From: an uncultured Acidobacteriota bacterium
Lineage (GTDB): Bacteria; Acidobacteriota; JAQAZP01
DNA length: 64,000 bases
Reading direction: 5' to 3'
NCBI GenBank assembly: GCA_963836075.1
Contig: CAWIIB010000001.1
Location: 1,632,001-1,696,000 of the forward strand
Both the position numbers and the translations under genes were made by a program. Shown in pieces: positions 9,661 through 18,853 of the stretch. Numbering within the stretch: the first letter of the stretch is position 1; every line of letters starts with the position of its first letter. The notes beneath the pieces are model-generated. The model saw only the letters and a list, made by a program, of their open reading frames with translations. It did not search any database and was not told the origin of the DNA.

Positions 9661-11121
9661 ATGAACTACAAATCCATCGCCCATGTCATGGGCAAATTGA
9701 TGGTGATCACCGGCGCCACCATGTTGTTGCCGGTGATCTGCACCTTCTTCTACCCGGGAGAGGGCGATCTCTTCGCCCTGCTGCTTTCCACTCTCATCGT
9801 CACCGGTGCGGGGCTGCCCTTTTGGTGGTTTTTCCGCCGTCACGATGAACTGAACATCCGCGACGGGTTCTTCATCGCCGTGGCCGGCTGGACCCTGATC
9901 TCCTCGGTATCGGCGCTGCCCTTCATGATCCACGGCAGCATCCCCTCGTTCACCGACGGCTTTTTCGAGATGATGTCCGGCTACACCACCAGCGGGGCCA
10001 CCATCCTCACCGACATCGAAGTGGTGCCCCACGGGCTGCTCTTCTGGCGCAGCCAGACCCACCTGCTGGGCGGAATGGGCTTTCTGACCCTGACCATCAT
10101 CTTCCTGCCCCACGGTATGGGCGGCCTGCGTATTTTCCGGGCCGAGTCGAGCCCGGGGCAGGTCATCACCAAAGAAAAGTTTCTGCCCCGCAACCGGGAC
10201 ACCATGATCTGGCTCTGGGGCATCTACCTCGGGCTGAACCTGCTGCAGACAACGCTGATGTGTCTTGGCGGAATGAGCCTTTTCGATTCGCTGTGCCATG
10301 CTTTCGGCACGGTCTCCACATCCGGGTATTCGACCCACAACGCCAGCGTGGGTTACTACAACAGCGCCTATATCGACTGGGTGATCATCATCTTCATGGT
10401 CCTCGGCGGGATGACCTTCATGCTCTTCTACCACGGCCTGAAGGGCAACTGGCGGGAAATTCGGATCAACACCGAGCTGCGCTGGTATGCCGGCTTCCTG
10501 CTCTTCTTCTGTCTCACGGTGGCCCTGCTGCTGTGGGTCAACGGGACCTATGACGGCCCGCTGGACTCGCTGCGCTACGCCAGCTTCCAGGTGGTGTCGC
10601 TGCTCACCACCACCGGCTTCACCACCGCGGACTACGAGCTGTGGCCCCAGTCGACGCAGATGTTTCTCTATGCCGTCTGCTTCATCGGCGCCTGCGCCGG
10701 GTCCACCACCAGCGGCATCAAGGTCGTGCACTACGTGCTGATCTGGAAGTTCATGGTGGCCTCGATCAAGAAGATCTTCTTCCAGCCCCTGGCGGTGACC
10801 AGCATCCGGCTGAACCGGCGTCCGGTGGAACCGGCCATCGTCAACCTGGCCGTTTGCTACTTCATCGTCAACATCTTCCTCGTGCTGGGCGGGGGCTGTT
10901 TCATGGTGCTGGTGGACGACATGGATTTCACCACCGCCATGAGCTCGGTGATCGCCACGCTGATGAACATCGGTCCGGGGTTCGGCGAAGTTGGGCCCTC
11001 GCATAATTACGCCCAGATATCGGCGGTGGGAAAGTGGTTCCTCTCCTGGCTGATGCTGGTGGGACGGCTGGAGATGTTCTCGGCGCTGGTGATCTTCTAC
11101 CCCTCGTTCTGGCGGAAATAA
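9661..11121 (+). CDS. trkH: Trk system potassium uptake membrane protein
   Basis: FFEMMSGYTTSGAT, STSGYS, TTTGF, IGACAGSTTSGIK, NIGPGFG and MLVGRLE pore-loop motifs in a multi-TM protein. Confidence 0.95.
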   Translation: MNYKSIAHVMGKLMVITGATMLLPVICTFFYPGEGDLFALLLSTLIVTGAGLPFWWFFRRHDELNIRDGFFIAVAGWTLISSVSALPFMIHGSIPSFTDGFFEMMSGYTTSGATILTDIEVVPHGLLFWRSQTHLLGGMGFLTLTIIFLPHGMGGLRIFRAESSPGQVITKEKFLPRNRDTMIWLWGIYLGLNLLQTTLMCLGGMSLFDSLCHAFGTVSTSGYSTHNASVGYYNSAYIDWVIIIFMVLGGMTFMLFYHGLKGNWREIRINTELRWYAGFLLFFCLTVALLLWVNGTYDGPLDSLRYASFQVVSLLTTTGFTTADYELWPQSTQMFLYAVCFIGACAGSTTSGIKVVHYVLIWKFMVASIKKIFFQPLAVTSIRLNRRPVEPAIVNLAVCYFIVNIFLVLGGGCFMVLVDDMDFTTAMSSVIATLMNIGPGFGEVGPSHNYAQISAVGKWFLSWLMLVGRLEMFSALVIFYPSFWRK

Positions 11122-11123
11122 AC

Positions 11124-11270
11124 TAGAAGTGGTTTCATAACCTCAGCTGTGGTTCGAGAGCGAGGCAACGGCTGACGAAAAGCGCAGCATCCTTTTGTGG
11201 TATGTGAGCATTTTAAGGAGGCCGGCAACGCAGCTATCGGGCCTCAGGCGAGATTCCGGGGCCGCTTCTA
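11124..11270. mobile_element. Possible MITE-like element (147 bp) between trkH and trkA
   Basis: Imperfect terminal inverted repeats TAGAAGTGGTTTCATAACCTC / revcomp TAGAAGCGGCCCCGGAATCTC, TA at both ends. The right end overlaps the trkA stop codon. Confidence 0.4.
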
Positions 11271-12668
11271 CAGGAACAGGCGCTGCAGTTCCTTGAGGCC
11301 CAGGGAGGTGCAGATGGCGATGGCCCGGTCGCCGGCCCGGATGTGCGTGCTGCCCACGGCGGTCTCCCAACCGCCACCCTGGCGCACGCCGCCGATAATG
11401 ACCCTCTCCTTGAGAATATCCATCTGGTTCAGCGGCTTGCGGGTGATCGGCGCGTCCGGGCCGGCCACGATCTCCACCAGCTCGGCGTCCAGGCCGTGAA
11501 GGTGGGCCACGGAGAGCAGTTTGCCGCGGCGGATGAACTTGAGGATCTCGTTGGCCGCCAGCACCTTCTTGTTCAGCGCGATATCCGCACCCATGGTGGC
11601 GGCCAGCACCAGGTATTCCTCCTTGTTCACCAGGGCGATGGTCTTGTTGTGCCGGGTGCTGGAGCCGTTGCCCTGCTCCTGCAGCAGGTGTTTGGCCAGC
11701 AGGCAGCTCATGATGTTGGTCTCATTGTCCCAGGTGGCAGTGATGATGGTGTCCATATCCAGCAGGCCGGCCTGGGTCAGCGTGTTGGCGTCGGAGCCGT
11801 CGCCGTGCAGCACCTCGGTGTGCTCCAGCTGCGCTGAGAGTTCCTCGGCCCGGGCCTCGTCCTTCTCGATCAGCCGGACCTCGAAGTCCGCACCCAGCAG
11901 TTCGGCCACCCGGGTGCCCACAAGTCCCCCGCCGAGGATCATCACCCGGTGGTGCTGTTCCTGCACCACGCCGGCCAGCTCCATCAGCTGGGGCAGGTGT
12001 TCCGCGGCCACGAGGATGAAGGCCTGGTCATGGGCCTGCAACTGGAAATCGCCGTCAGGGATGATGGTGGCGATCCCCCGGGCCACGGAGACAATGCGGA
12101 AGGGGAACTCGTTGTACATGCCGGCGATCTCTTTCAGCTGCCGGCCCACGATGGGCGACCCCTCCAGCACCCGCGTGGCCATTACCCGCATCTGACCCTC
12201 AGCAATGTCCACCACCACGTTCCCGGTGCGCAGCTTGATCAGCCGCAGGATTTCCTGGGCGGTCAGTTCCTCGGGGTGGATCACCATGTCGATTTTCATG
12301 TCGGGGGCGGTGATGATCGAGTTCTGCATGCCGAATTCCAGAGACCGCACCCGGGCGATCTTGGTCGGGATACCCACCCGGTCCGCGATAACCGACGACA
12401 GCATGTTCACCGCATCGTTGTCGGTCACCGCGATCATGTAGTCCATGGCCCGCGCTCCAGCCTCCTGCCAGCACTTGAAGCGCATGGCATCGCCCTGGAT
12501 CAGCCGGGCATCCACCTCGCCGTCGGCGCGGCGCAGCAAGGCGGCGTCCTGCTCCACGGCCGTGATGGCGTGGCCCTCATGAGCCAGGCGCTTGGTCAGG
12601 TAGTAGCCCACTCCGCCAAGCCCGAGGATCATGATGTTCTCTGATTTCCGGTCTTTCTTCCCGAACAT
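11268..12668 (-). CDS. trkA: Trk system potassium uptake NAD-binding subunit (two RCK domains)
   Basis: Two Rossmann motifs (ILGLGGVG, ILGGGLVG), AVTDNDAVN, HGDGSD and TrkA_C repeats. 466 aa. Confidence 0.93.
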   Translation of the reverse strand: MFGKKDRKSENIMILGLGGVGYYLTKRLAHEGHAITAVEQDAALLRRADGEVDARLIQGDAMRFKCWQEAGARAMDYMIAVTDNDAVNMLSSVIADRVGIPTKIARVRSLEFGMQNSIITAPDMKIDMVIHPEELTAQEILRLIKLRTGNVVVDIAEGQMRVMATRVLEGSPIVGRQLKEIAGMYNEFPFRIVSVARGIATIIPDGDFQLQAHDQAFILVAAEHLPQLMELAGVVQEQHHRVMILGGGLVGTRVAELLGADFEVRLIEKDEARAEELSAQLEHTEVLHGDGSDANTLTQAGLLDMDTIITATWDNETNIMSCLLAKHLLQEQGNGSSTRHNKTIALVNKEEYLVLAATMGADIALNKKVLAANEILKFIRRGKLLSVAHLHGLDAELVEIVAGPDAPITRKPLNQMDILKERVIIGGVRQGGGWETAVGSTHIRAGDRAIAICTSLGLKELQRLFL

Positions 12669-12746
12669 GGATTCACTCCGCGCACCTCTTCCACTGTCGG
12701 GCAGAGGATAGGGAAAAACGGGCTGACAATCAAGGAGTAGATTACA

Positions 12747-12775
12747 GCCCCCCGGCCGCTGGACGGCCGGGGGGC
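12747..12775 (-). terminator. GC-rich hairpin after the hydrolase gene
   Basis: GCCCCCCGGCCG-CTGGA-CGGCCGGGGGGC perfect 12-bp stem with weak U-tract. Homologous to 16381..16411. Confidence 0.6.
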
Positions 12776-12786
12776 AGGGGGGAAAG

Positions 12787-15700
12787 CTATGGTGAGACGC
12801 CGGTCACCGTGACGGTGTCGGTGTCGGTATCTCCCGAGAGAGCATATGGCGGCTGGTTGTAGGGGGCCGGCGTGACGTCAACACCGATGAGGGTGAAGAC
12901 ATTGCTGCCCACCAGTGTGGGCAGGCCGGGGAAGTTCTGGTTCCAGACCTTGGTGAAGACTTCACCGGAGCTGAGGTTGGTCCAGCCGGCTCGCCAGTTG
13001 CCATACGAGTTGCCGCTGGCGATCACCACGTCGATCCGGCCGGCGGCCCGGCGGTTCTCGGTGGTCAGGTTGGTCAACCGCGTGATGAACTGCGTAGTGA
13101 AGGGCAGGGTCGCCGTGTCGGGATTGGCGTCGATGAACACGCCCACCGTGTCGGTGATGACCCCGGGGTCGCAGGAGAACGCGCTGAGGGTCACGTCATC
13201 GATGTTCCAGCCGCAGTACTGCCAGGAACTGTCGGTGGTCCCCATGGTCCAGCGGAGGTAGACCGTGGCCTCGCCGTCGGCAAAGGCCGAGAGGTCGTAC
13301 TCCTCCAGAACCCATGAACCATCAGCGACTTCGGCACTATTCGACCAGAGGGTGTCCCAACTGCTGCCGTTGGTGCTGATGCGCAGGTAGGCATGGTCAT
13401 AGAGCGGCTGCTCCACACCGAGCCAGCGGCGGAAGCTGAGCACCACGCCCTGCTGGGCCGAACAGTCGATGGCCGGAGTGGTGAGATGGGTTTCGCTGAG
13501 GTTGTTCTCGTAGTCGCCGGCAAGGTTGTAGCCGTAAACGTTGTTTCCGGTGTAACCGCTGGTGGGGTCGGGGTTGCCGTACTGCCCGCCGCCGCCGGTG
13601 GGCTGACCCCAGGCCCAGAGGCCCGCGGTGGTCCAACCGGGGTTGGTGTCCATGTTGGCGGAGTAGAAAGTGGTCAACTCTCCCACCACGGCGCTGTAAT
13701 AGAGGGCCGGGGCGCTGCTGGGGCTGTAGACCATGCCGCTCACATCACCCTCGGCACTGACATAGAACTCCGGCGTATCGGTGCAGCTCGGTGCGGGCAG
13801 CGTGGCATCAAAGAGATCGCTGCCAGCCGGCACCAGGGCCGTGGTCAGCCATGAGCCGCCATCGTAGCGGTAGTGCAGAGTGCCGCTGCCCGGAACATAC
13901 GATTCCCCGGTGGCCGTGATCAGCACGCTGAAGGTGGTGGGGACGTCCGGCGGGATCACCTCGGGTGCTCCGTCCGGCAGGAAAATCGAGATGTAACCCG
14001 GGTCGGGGTCGGTCGGGGCGGCGTCGTTGGTCAGCATCAGCTCGTCCACCACGATCCGGCCCTCGTCAGCTCCCCAGGAGGGGCCGCAGTCAAAACGAAC
14101 CGCCACGATGTCGCTGAGGTCAAGACCCGAGTTGTTGTTCAGGAAATCGGTGAGGCGGAGGCGGATAACCTCCATCTCGTTGTGCCAGCCGCCGGAGCGG
14201 TCGTACGGCTGCTCGAGACCGCCGCCGTTAGCGCCGATGTTGATCGAGCTGCTGGTCCCGCTGCCGTCGCGCAGGGTCACGCTGAAGTCGAGGTCGCCCA
14301 TGACAACCAGGGTGTTCGGGTGACGGGTGCCCTGGGCACCGCGGAAAGAGAGGTAGAGGTCGTCGCTGAAGTCCTGCTGGGAGGCTACGACGCCCCACTC
14401 GATGTAGCGGTTGCTGCCGTTCCAGTCGAAGACCACGCCTCTGCTGTCGTCAGAGGAGGATGCCTGGGTGGCGCCGTTGAACGGGTCGGAGGTGGTCCAC
14501 GCGAAATCAGAGTTGTTGTCATCCAGCCGGCCTTCGGTGAGGTTGGTCACGGTGTAGGCTACCGATCCGCCGGAGCTGCTGGTGCTGGTGGATGTCTGGG
14601 ACTGGAAGTCGTCGATGAAGAAGTTGCCGGTGTCACCACCGTTGCGGTATTCGTGGGTCACCACCACGCAGGGATTCGAAGTGTCGACACCGATGGGGCT
14701 GAACTTCTCATACTGGCGCCAGAGGAAGTCCCGGGCCGGGATGTTGCCGTTGACATAGTGCTTGACCAGGGGCAGGAAGTAGCCCAGCTGGATCTGGTGG
14801 GTCACCGTCTCGCCGATGGAGCAGGGGCCGGTGAAATAGGAACTGCCGGTGCCATCGTGGAACCAGCCGTGGCCGGTGCCCTGCACCACGGTGGACTGCC
14901 GGTAGCGGGTGGCCCGGTCGTGGAGGTGGAAGGTCTGGCACAGGTCGCAGCTGGCCGAACCATTGACATCGGAGTCGCCGGCAGCGGTCCAGAGGTGGTA
15001 GTTCGCCCCGTGGGGATCCGCGTTGTTGGTCTTGAGGAAGTCGGTGGGCAGCATGCTGCTCAGCAGCACCACGTCTTCGAGAACGAACTCCGAGGGCGTG
15101 TAGCCGTCCACGATCCGGTCGTAGGCCCGGGTGATCCCCTCGCCGCCGCGGCTGTGGCCGATCCAGGTGATGGCCGAGGAATCGATGTGCCCGTTGAGAA
15201 CCCCGCCGCCGATGGTGCCCTGGTTGGCCAGGATATAGTCGGTGTTGGTCAGGGTGGTGGTGGAGGCGGTTTCGATCCCCGGGCCGGTGTTGTTCTCGTG
15301 GGACATCACGATGTAGCCATAGGAGGCCAGGTGGTAGCCGATGTGGTCATACCACGTGTAATCGTGCCCGTTGCCGTGGCTGATCACCACCAGGGGCAAG
15401 AGGCCCATGGAGGCGATGTCGGTGGGATAGTAGGTGTCCTGACCGAGCCACGATCCACCGCTGTAAATGATCTCGGTCACCGCCAGCGGCCCGGACTGGG
15501 TGGTGTCGTGCACCGCGTAGAGCCCCGCCTCGTCGCCGAGACCGTCGATATAGTCCACGTCGTCCAGCACGCCGTTCTGGTTCATGTCCAGCACGATGTC
15601 GTATCCCACGCCGAGACCGGTACCGGCACTGGCGTTGAGGGTGTTGGCGGCAGCCACCAACCAGTCATTGGCCTGGATCGAGGCGCTGCTGAAGGTCACG

Positions 15701-16059
15701 GTGAGCGGTCCGCCGGCCACATCGGTCAAGCCGGGGTTTGACGCCCACTGGGCAGCGTCCTGTGCATCAACCACAAAGATGTCCGCCGTATCCCCGACGA
15801 TGCCCGGGAACCGGAAGGGGTCGATGGCCACACGAACGGTGGAATTGACGTTGAAAGCCTTGACGTATTCGAAGTACGGATACTGGGCCAGGGAGTTCCC
15901 GGCCAGCTCGGTCTGCCGCTCAGGCGGCGGCACGGCGGCAGAGGCCGGCGCCGCGGCAAGGGCCAGGACGAGCAGCGCAAGAAACAGTGCCGGCAGGCGG
16001 CGCTGCCGATGAGACGTTCCGGAATTCGAATGACCACGGATCTTCTTGGATAGTGACAC
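12787..16059 (-). CDS. Secreted alpha/beta-hydrolase (chlorophyllase/cutinase-like) with extra Ig-like and MAM-like modules and the shared C-terminal domain
   Basis: GTG start with GAGGAG RBS and signal peptide. VVISHGNG, nucleophile elbow GHSRGG, candidate Asp (GDSDV) and His (GHGWFH). Ends VTGVSP. Confidence 0.8.
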   Translation of the reverse strand: MSLSKKIRGHSNSGTSHRQRRLPALFLALLVLALAAAPASAAVPPPERQTELAGNSLAQYPYFEYVKAFNVNSTVRVAIDPFRFPGIVGDTADIFVVDAQDAAQWASNPGLTDVAGGPLTVTFSSASIQANDWLVAAANTLNASAGTGLGVGYDIVLDMNQNGVLDDVDYIDGLGDEAGLYAVHDTTQSGPLAVTEIIYSGGSWLGQDTYYPTDIASMGLLPLVVISHGNGHDYTWYDHIGYHLASYGYIVMSHENNTGPGIETASTTTLTNTDYILANQGTIGGGVLNGHIDSSAITWIGHSRGGEGITRAYDRIVDGYTPSEFVLEDVVLLSSMLPTDFLKTNNADPHGANYHLWTAAGDSDVNGSASCDLCQTFHLHDRATRYRQSTVVQGTGHGWFHDGTGSSYFTGPCSIGETVTHQIQLGYFLPLVKHYVNGNIPARDFLWRQYEKFSPIGVDTSNPCVVVTHEYRNGGDTGNFFIDDFQSQTSTSTSSSGGSVAYTVTNLTEGRLDDNNSDFAWTTSDPFNGATQASSSDDSRGVVFDWNGSNRYIEWGVVASQQDFSDDLYLSFRGAQGTRHPNTLVVMGDLDFSVTLRDGSGTSSSINIGANGGGLEQPYDRSGGWHNEMEVIRLRLTDFLNNNSGLDLSDIVAVRFDCGPSWGADEGRIVVDELMLTNDAAPTDPDPGYISIFLPDGAPEVIPPDVPTTFSVLITATGESYVPGSGTLHYRYDGGSWLTTALVPAGSDLFDATLPAPSCTDTPEFYVSAEGDVSGMVYSPSSAPALYYSAVVGELTTFYSANMDTNPGWTTAGLWAWGQPTGGGGQYGNPDPTSGYTGNNVYGYNLAGDYENNLSETHLTTPAIDCSAQQGVVLSFRRWLGVEQPLYDHAYLRISTNGSSWDTLWSNSAEVADGSWVLEEYDLSAFADGEATVYLRWTMGTTDSSWQYCGWNIDDVTLSAFSCDPGVITDTVGVFIDANPDTATLPFTTQFITRLTNLTTENRRAAGRIDVVIASGNSYGNWRAGWTNLSSGEVFTKVWNQNFPGLPTLVGSNVFTLIGVDVTPAPYNQPPYALSGDTDTDTVTVTGVSP

Positions 16060-16300
16060 GGGGATACTCCTCTCACCGATTCGCGTTTACCCGATGATGG
16101 CTCTGCTCAGGCTGGCAGGATTCCAGGGAAGAAAAACCACCATGCCGCTGTTGGCCACTATCGGGTGCAATCGGAACAGCCGTCCTCTCACGGCAACAGG
16201 GATTGTCGCTCCCGGTTCATGCGAACGGAACAGGGGCGACAGAGAAACTTCGACGCAAAGCAACCCGGCGCTCGAGCCGGATCAGTCGAGTATAGTAAAT
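16060..16300 (-). promoter_or_regulatory. Conserved structured 5' leader (copy 1)
   Basis: Homologous to 18854..19090. Stems CCGATT/AATCGG and CCCGAT/ATCGGG and hairpin 16204..16241 are conserved while the loops diverge. Confidence 0.45.
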
Positions 16301-16380
16301 ATATAGGTCATTTGCCCACTGGTTTTCCAGTGGAATTTCCGATTCGAGGGTCTTTTATGCAAAATCAGGGGGGAGTCAAC

Positions 16381-16411
16381 CGCCCCCCGGCCGCCGCACG
16401 GCCGGGGGGCG
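16381..16411 (-). terminator. GC-rich hairpin after the hydrolase paralog
   Basis: CGCCCCCCGGCCG-CCGCA-CGGCCGGGGGGCG perfect 13-bp stem. Confidence 0.6.
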
Positions 16412-16420
16412 GGGGGCAAG

Positions 16421-18853
16421 CTATGGCGAAACTCCGGTCACAGTGACGGAGTCGGTGTCGGTGTCTCCCGAGAGAGCATAGGGCGGCTGGTTGTACGGGG
16501 CCGGCGTGACGTCAGCAGCGATGAGGGTGAAGACATTGCTGCCCACCAGTGTGGGCAGGCCGGGGAAGTTCTGGTTCCAGACCTGGGTGAAGACTTCCGA
16601 GGGGTCGAGGTTGGTATAACCGGCCCGCCAGTTGCCAAACGAGTTGCCGCTGGCGATCACCACGTCGATCCGGCCTGCCGCCCGGCGGTTCTGGGTGGTC
16701 AGGTTGGTCAACCGCGCAATGAACTGCGTGGTGAAGGGCAAAACCGCCGTGTCGGGATTGGCATCGATGGACGCAGTCACCGTGTCGATGACGGTTGGCG
16801 GGTCCGTCGGTGACGCATCGTTGGTCAGCATCAGCTCGTCCACCACGATCCGCCCCTCGTTGGCGCCCCAGGAAGGACCGCAATCGAGACGCACCGCCAC
16901 GATGTCGGAGAGATCGAGACCCGAGTTGTTGTGCAGGAAGTCGGTAAGCCTGAGGCGGATCACCTCCATCTCGTTGTGCCAGCCGCCGGACCGGTCGTAT
17001 GGTTGCTCGAGGCCGCCGCCGTAAGCGCCGATGTTGATCGAGCTGCTGGTCCCGCCGCCGTCGCGAAGGGTCACGCTGAAGTTGAGGTCGGTCATCGCCG
17101 CCAGGGTGTTGGGATGCTGGGTGCCCTGTGCGCCGCGGAAGGAGAGGTAGAGGTCGTCACTGAAGTCCTGCTGGGCGGAGATGATGCCCCACTCGATGTA
17201 GCGGTTGCTGCCGGTCCAGCTGAAAACCACGCCTTTGCTGTCGTCGGACGAGGAGGCCTGGGTGGCGCCGTTGAACGGGTCAGACGAAGTCCAGCTGAAA
17301 CTGCTGTTGTTGTCATCCAGGCGACCCTCGGTGAGGTTGTCCACGGTGTAGGTCACCGAGCCGCCCGAGCTGCTGGTGGATGTGGAGGGTTCGCTCTGGA
17401 AGTCGTCGATAAAGAAGTTGCCGCTGGCGCCGCCGTTGCGGTATTCGTGGGTCACCACGACACAGGAGTTGGAGGTGTCCACGCCGATGGGACTGAACTT
17501 CTCGTACTGGCGCCAGAGGAAGTCCCGGGCCGGGATGTTGCCTTCGACATAGTGCTTGACCAGGGGCAGGAAGTAGCCCAGCTGGATCTGGTGGGTCACC
17601 GTCTCGCCGATGGAGCAGGGGCCGGTGAACCAGGAGGTGCCGCCGTTGTCGTGGAACCAGGCGTGGCCGGTGCCCTGCACCACCGTGGACTGCCGGAACG
17701 CGGTGGCCCGGTCGTGGAGGTGGAAGGTCTGGCAGAGGTCGCAGCTGGCCGAGCCGTTGACGTCGGCGTCGCCGGAGGCGGTCCAGAGGTGGTAGTTGGC
17801 GCCATGGGGGTTCGAGCTGGCGGTCTTGAGAAAGTCGGTGGGCAGCATGCTGCTCAACAGCACCACGTCCTCGAGGGTGAACGCCGACGGGGTGTAGCCG
17901 TCCACTATCCGGTCATAGGCCCGCGTGATCCCTTCGCCGCCGCGGCTGTGGCCGATCCAGGTGATGGCCGAGGAATCGATATGCCCGTTGAGCACCCCGC
18001 CGCCGATGGAGCCCTGGTTGGCGATGATGTAGTCGGTGTTGGTCAAGGTGGTGGTGGAGGCGGTCTCGATGCCCGGCGAGGTGTTGTTCTGGTGGGACAT
18101 CACGATGTAGCCGTACGAGGCCAGGTGGTAGCCGATGTGATCATACCAGGTGTAGTTGTGCCCGTTGCCGTGGCTGATCACCACCAGCGGCAGCTGACCC
18201 ATTGAGGCAATGTCGGTGGGATAGTAGGTATCCTGGCCCAGCCAGGTCCCGCCGCTGTAAATGATCTCGGTCACGGCCAGCGGGCCGGACTGGGTGGTGT
18301 CGTGCACCATGTAGAGGCCGGCCTCATCACCCAGGCCGTCAATGTAATCCGGGTCGTCCAGCATGCCGTTCTGGTTCATGTCCAGCACGATGTCGTAGCC
18401 CACACCGAGGCCGATGCCGGCATCGGCGCTGAGGGTGCTGGCAGCGGCAAGCAGCCAGGTATTGGCCTGGATCGAGGTGCCGCTGAAGGTTACGGTGAGC
18501 GGTCCGCCGGTCACGTCGGTCAGCCCCGGGCTGGAGGCCCACTGGGCCGCATTCTTGGACACCACAAGATAGATGTCCGCCGTCTGCCCCACCACCCCGG
18601 GGAAACGGAAGGGGTCGATGGCCGCACGAACCACGGCGTTGACGTTGAATGCCTTGACGTACTCGAAATACGGATACTGGAGAATGCTGTTTCCGGCCAG
18701 CTCGGTCTGCCGCTCCGGCGGCGGCACGGCGGCTGAGGCCGGTGCTGCGGCAAGGCCCAGCACCAGCAGCGCAAGAAACAGTGCCGGCAGGCGGCGCTGC
18801 CGATGGTACGCTCCGGAATTCAAATGACCACGGATCTTCTTGGATAGTGACAC
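16421..18853 (-). CDS. Secreted alpha/beta-hydrolase paralog (810 aa) with the shared C-terminal domain
   Basis: GTG 18853 aligns with the paralog start and RBS. GHSRGG present. Highly similar to 12787..16059 but lacks its ~280-aa insert. Confidence 0.85.
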   Translation of the reverse strand: MSLSKKIRGHLNSGAYHRQRRLPALFLALLVLGLAAAPASAAVPPPERQTELAGNSILQYPYFEYVKAFNVNAVVRAAIDPFRFPGVVGQTADIYLVVSKNAAQWASSPGLTDVTGGPLTVTFSGTSIQANTWLLAAASTLSADAGIGLGVGYDIVLDMNQNGMLDDPDYIDGLGDEAGLYMVHDTTQSGPLAVTEIIYSGGTWLGQDTYYPTDIASMGQLPLVVISHGNGHNYTWYDHIGYHLASYGYIVMSHQNNTSPGIETASTTTLTNTDYIIANQGSIGGGVLNGHIDSSAITWIGHSRGGEGITRAYDRIVDGYTPSAFTLEDVVLLSSMLPTDFLKTASSNPHGANYHLWTASGDADVNGSASCDLCQTFHLHDRATAFRQSTVVQGTGHAWFHDNGGTSWFTGPCSIGETVTHQIQLGYFLPLVKHYVEGNIPARDFLWRQYEKFSPIGVDTSNSCVVVTHEYRNGGASGNFFIDDFQSEPSTSTSSSGGSVTYTVDNLTEGRLDDNNSSFSWTSSDPFNGATQASSSDDSKGVVFSWTGSNRYIEWGIISAQQDFSDDLYLSFRGAQGTQHPNTLAAMTDLNFSVTLRDGGGTSSSINIGAYGGGLEQPYDRSGGWHNEMEVIRLRLTDFLHNNSGLDLSDIVAVRLDCGPSWGANEGRIVVDELMLTNDASPTDPPTVIDTVTASIDANPDTAVLPFTTQFIARLTNLTTQNRRAAGRIDVVIASGNSFGNWRAGYTNLDPSEVFTQVWNQNFPGLPTLVGSNVFTLIAADVTPAPYNQPPYALSGDTDTDSVTVTGVSP

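Noticed and set aside
16225-16280. c-di-GMP-I (GEMM) riboswitch suggested by GACGCAAAGC
   Set aside because: It lies on the strand opposite the downstream gene, lacks the GGCAAAC...GAAA P2 architecture, and is altered in the second copy (GACGCAAGCC).
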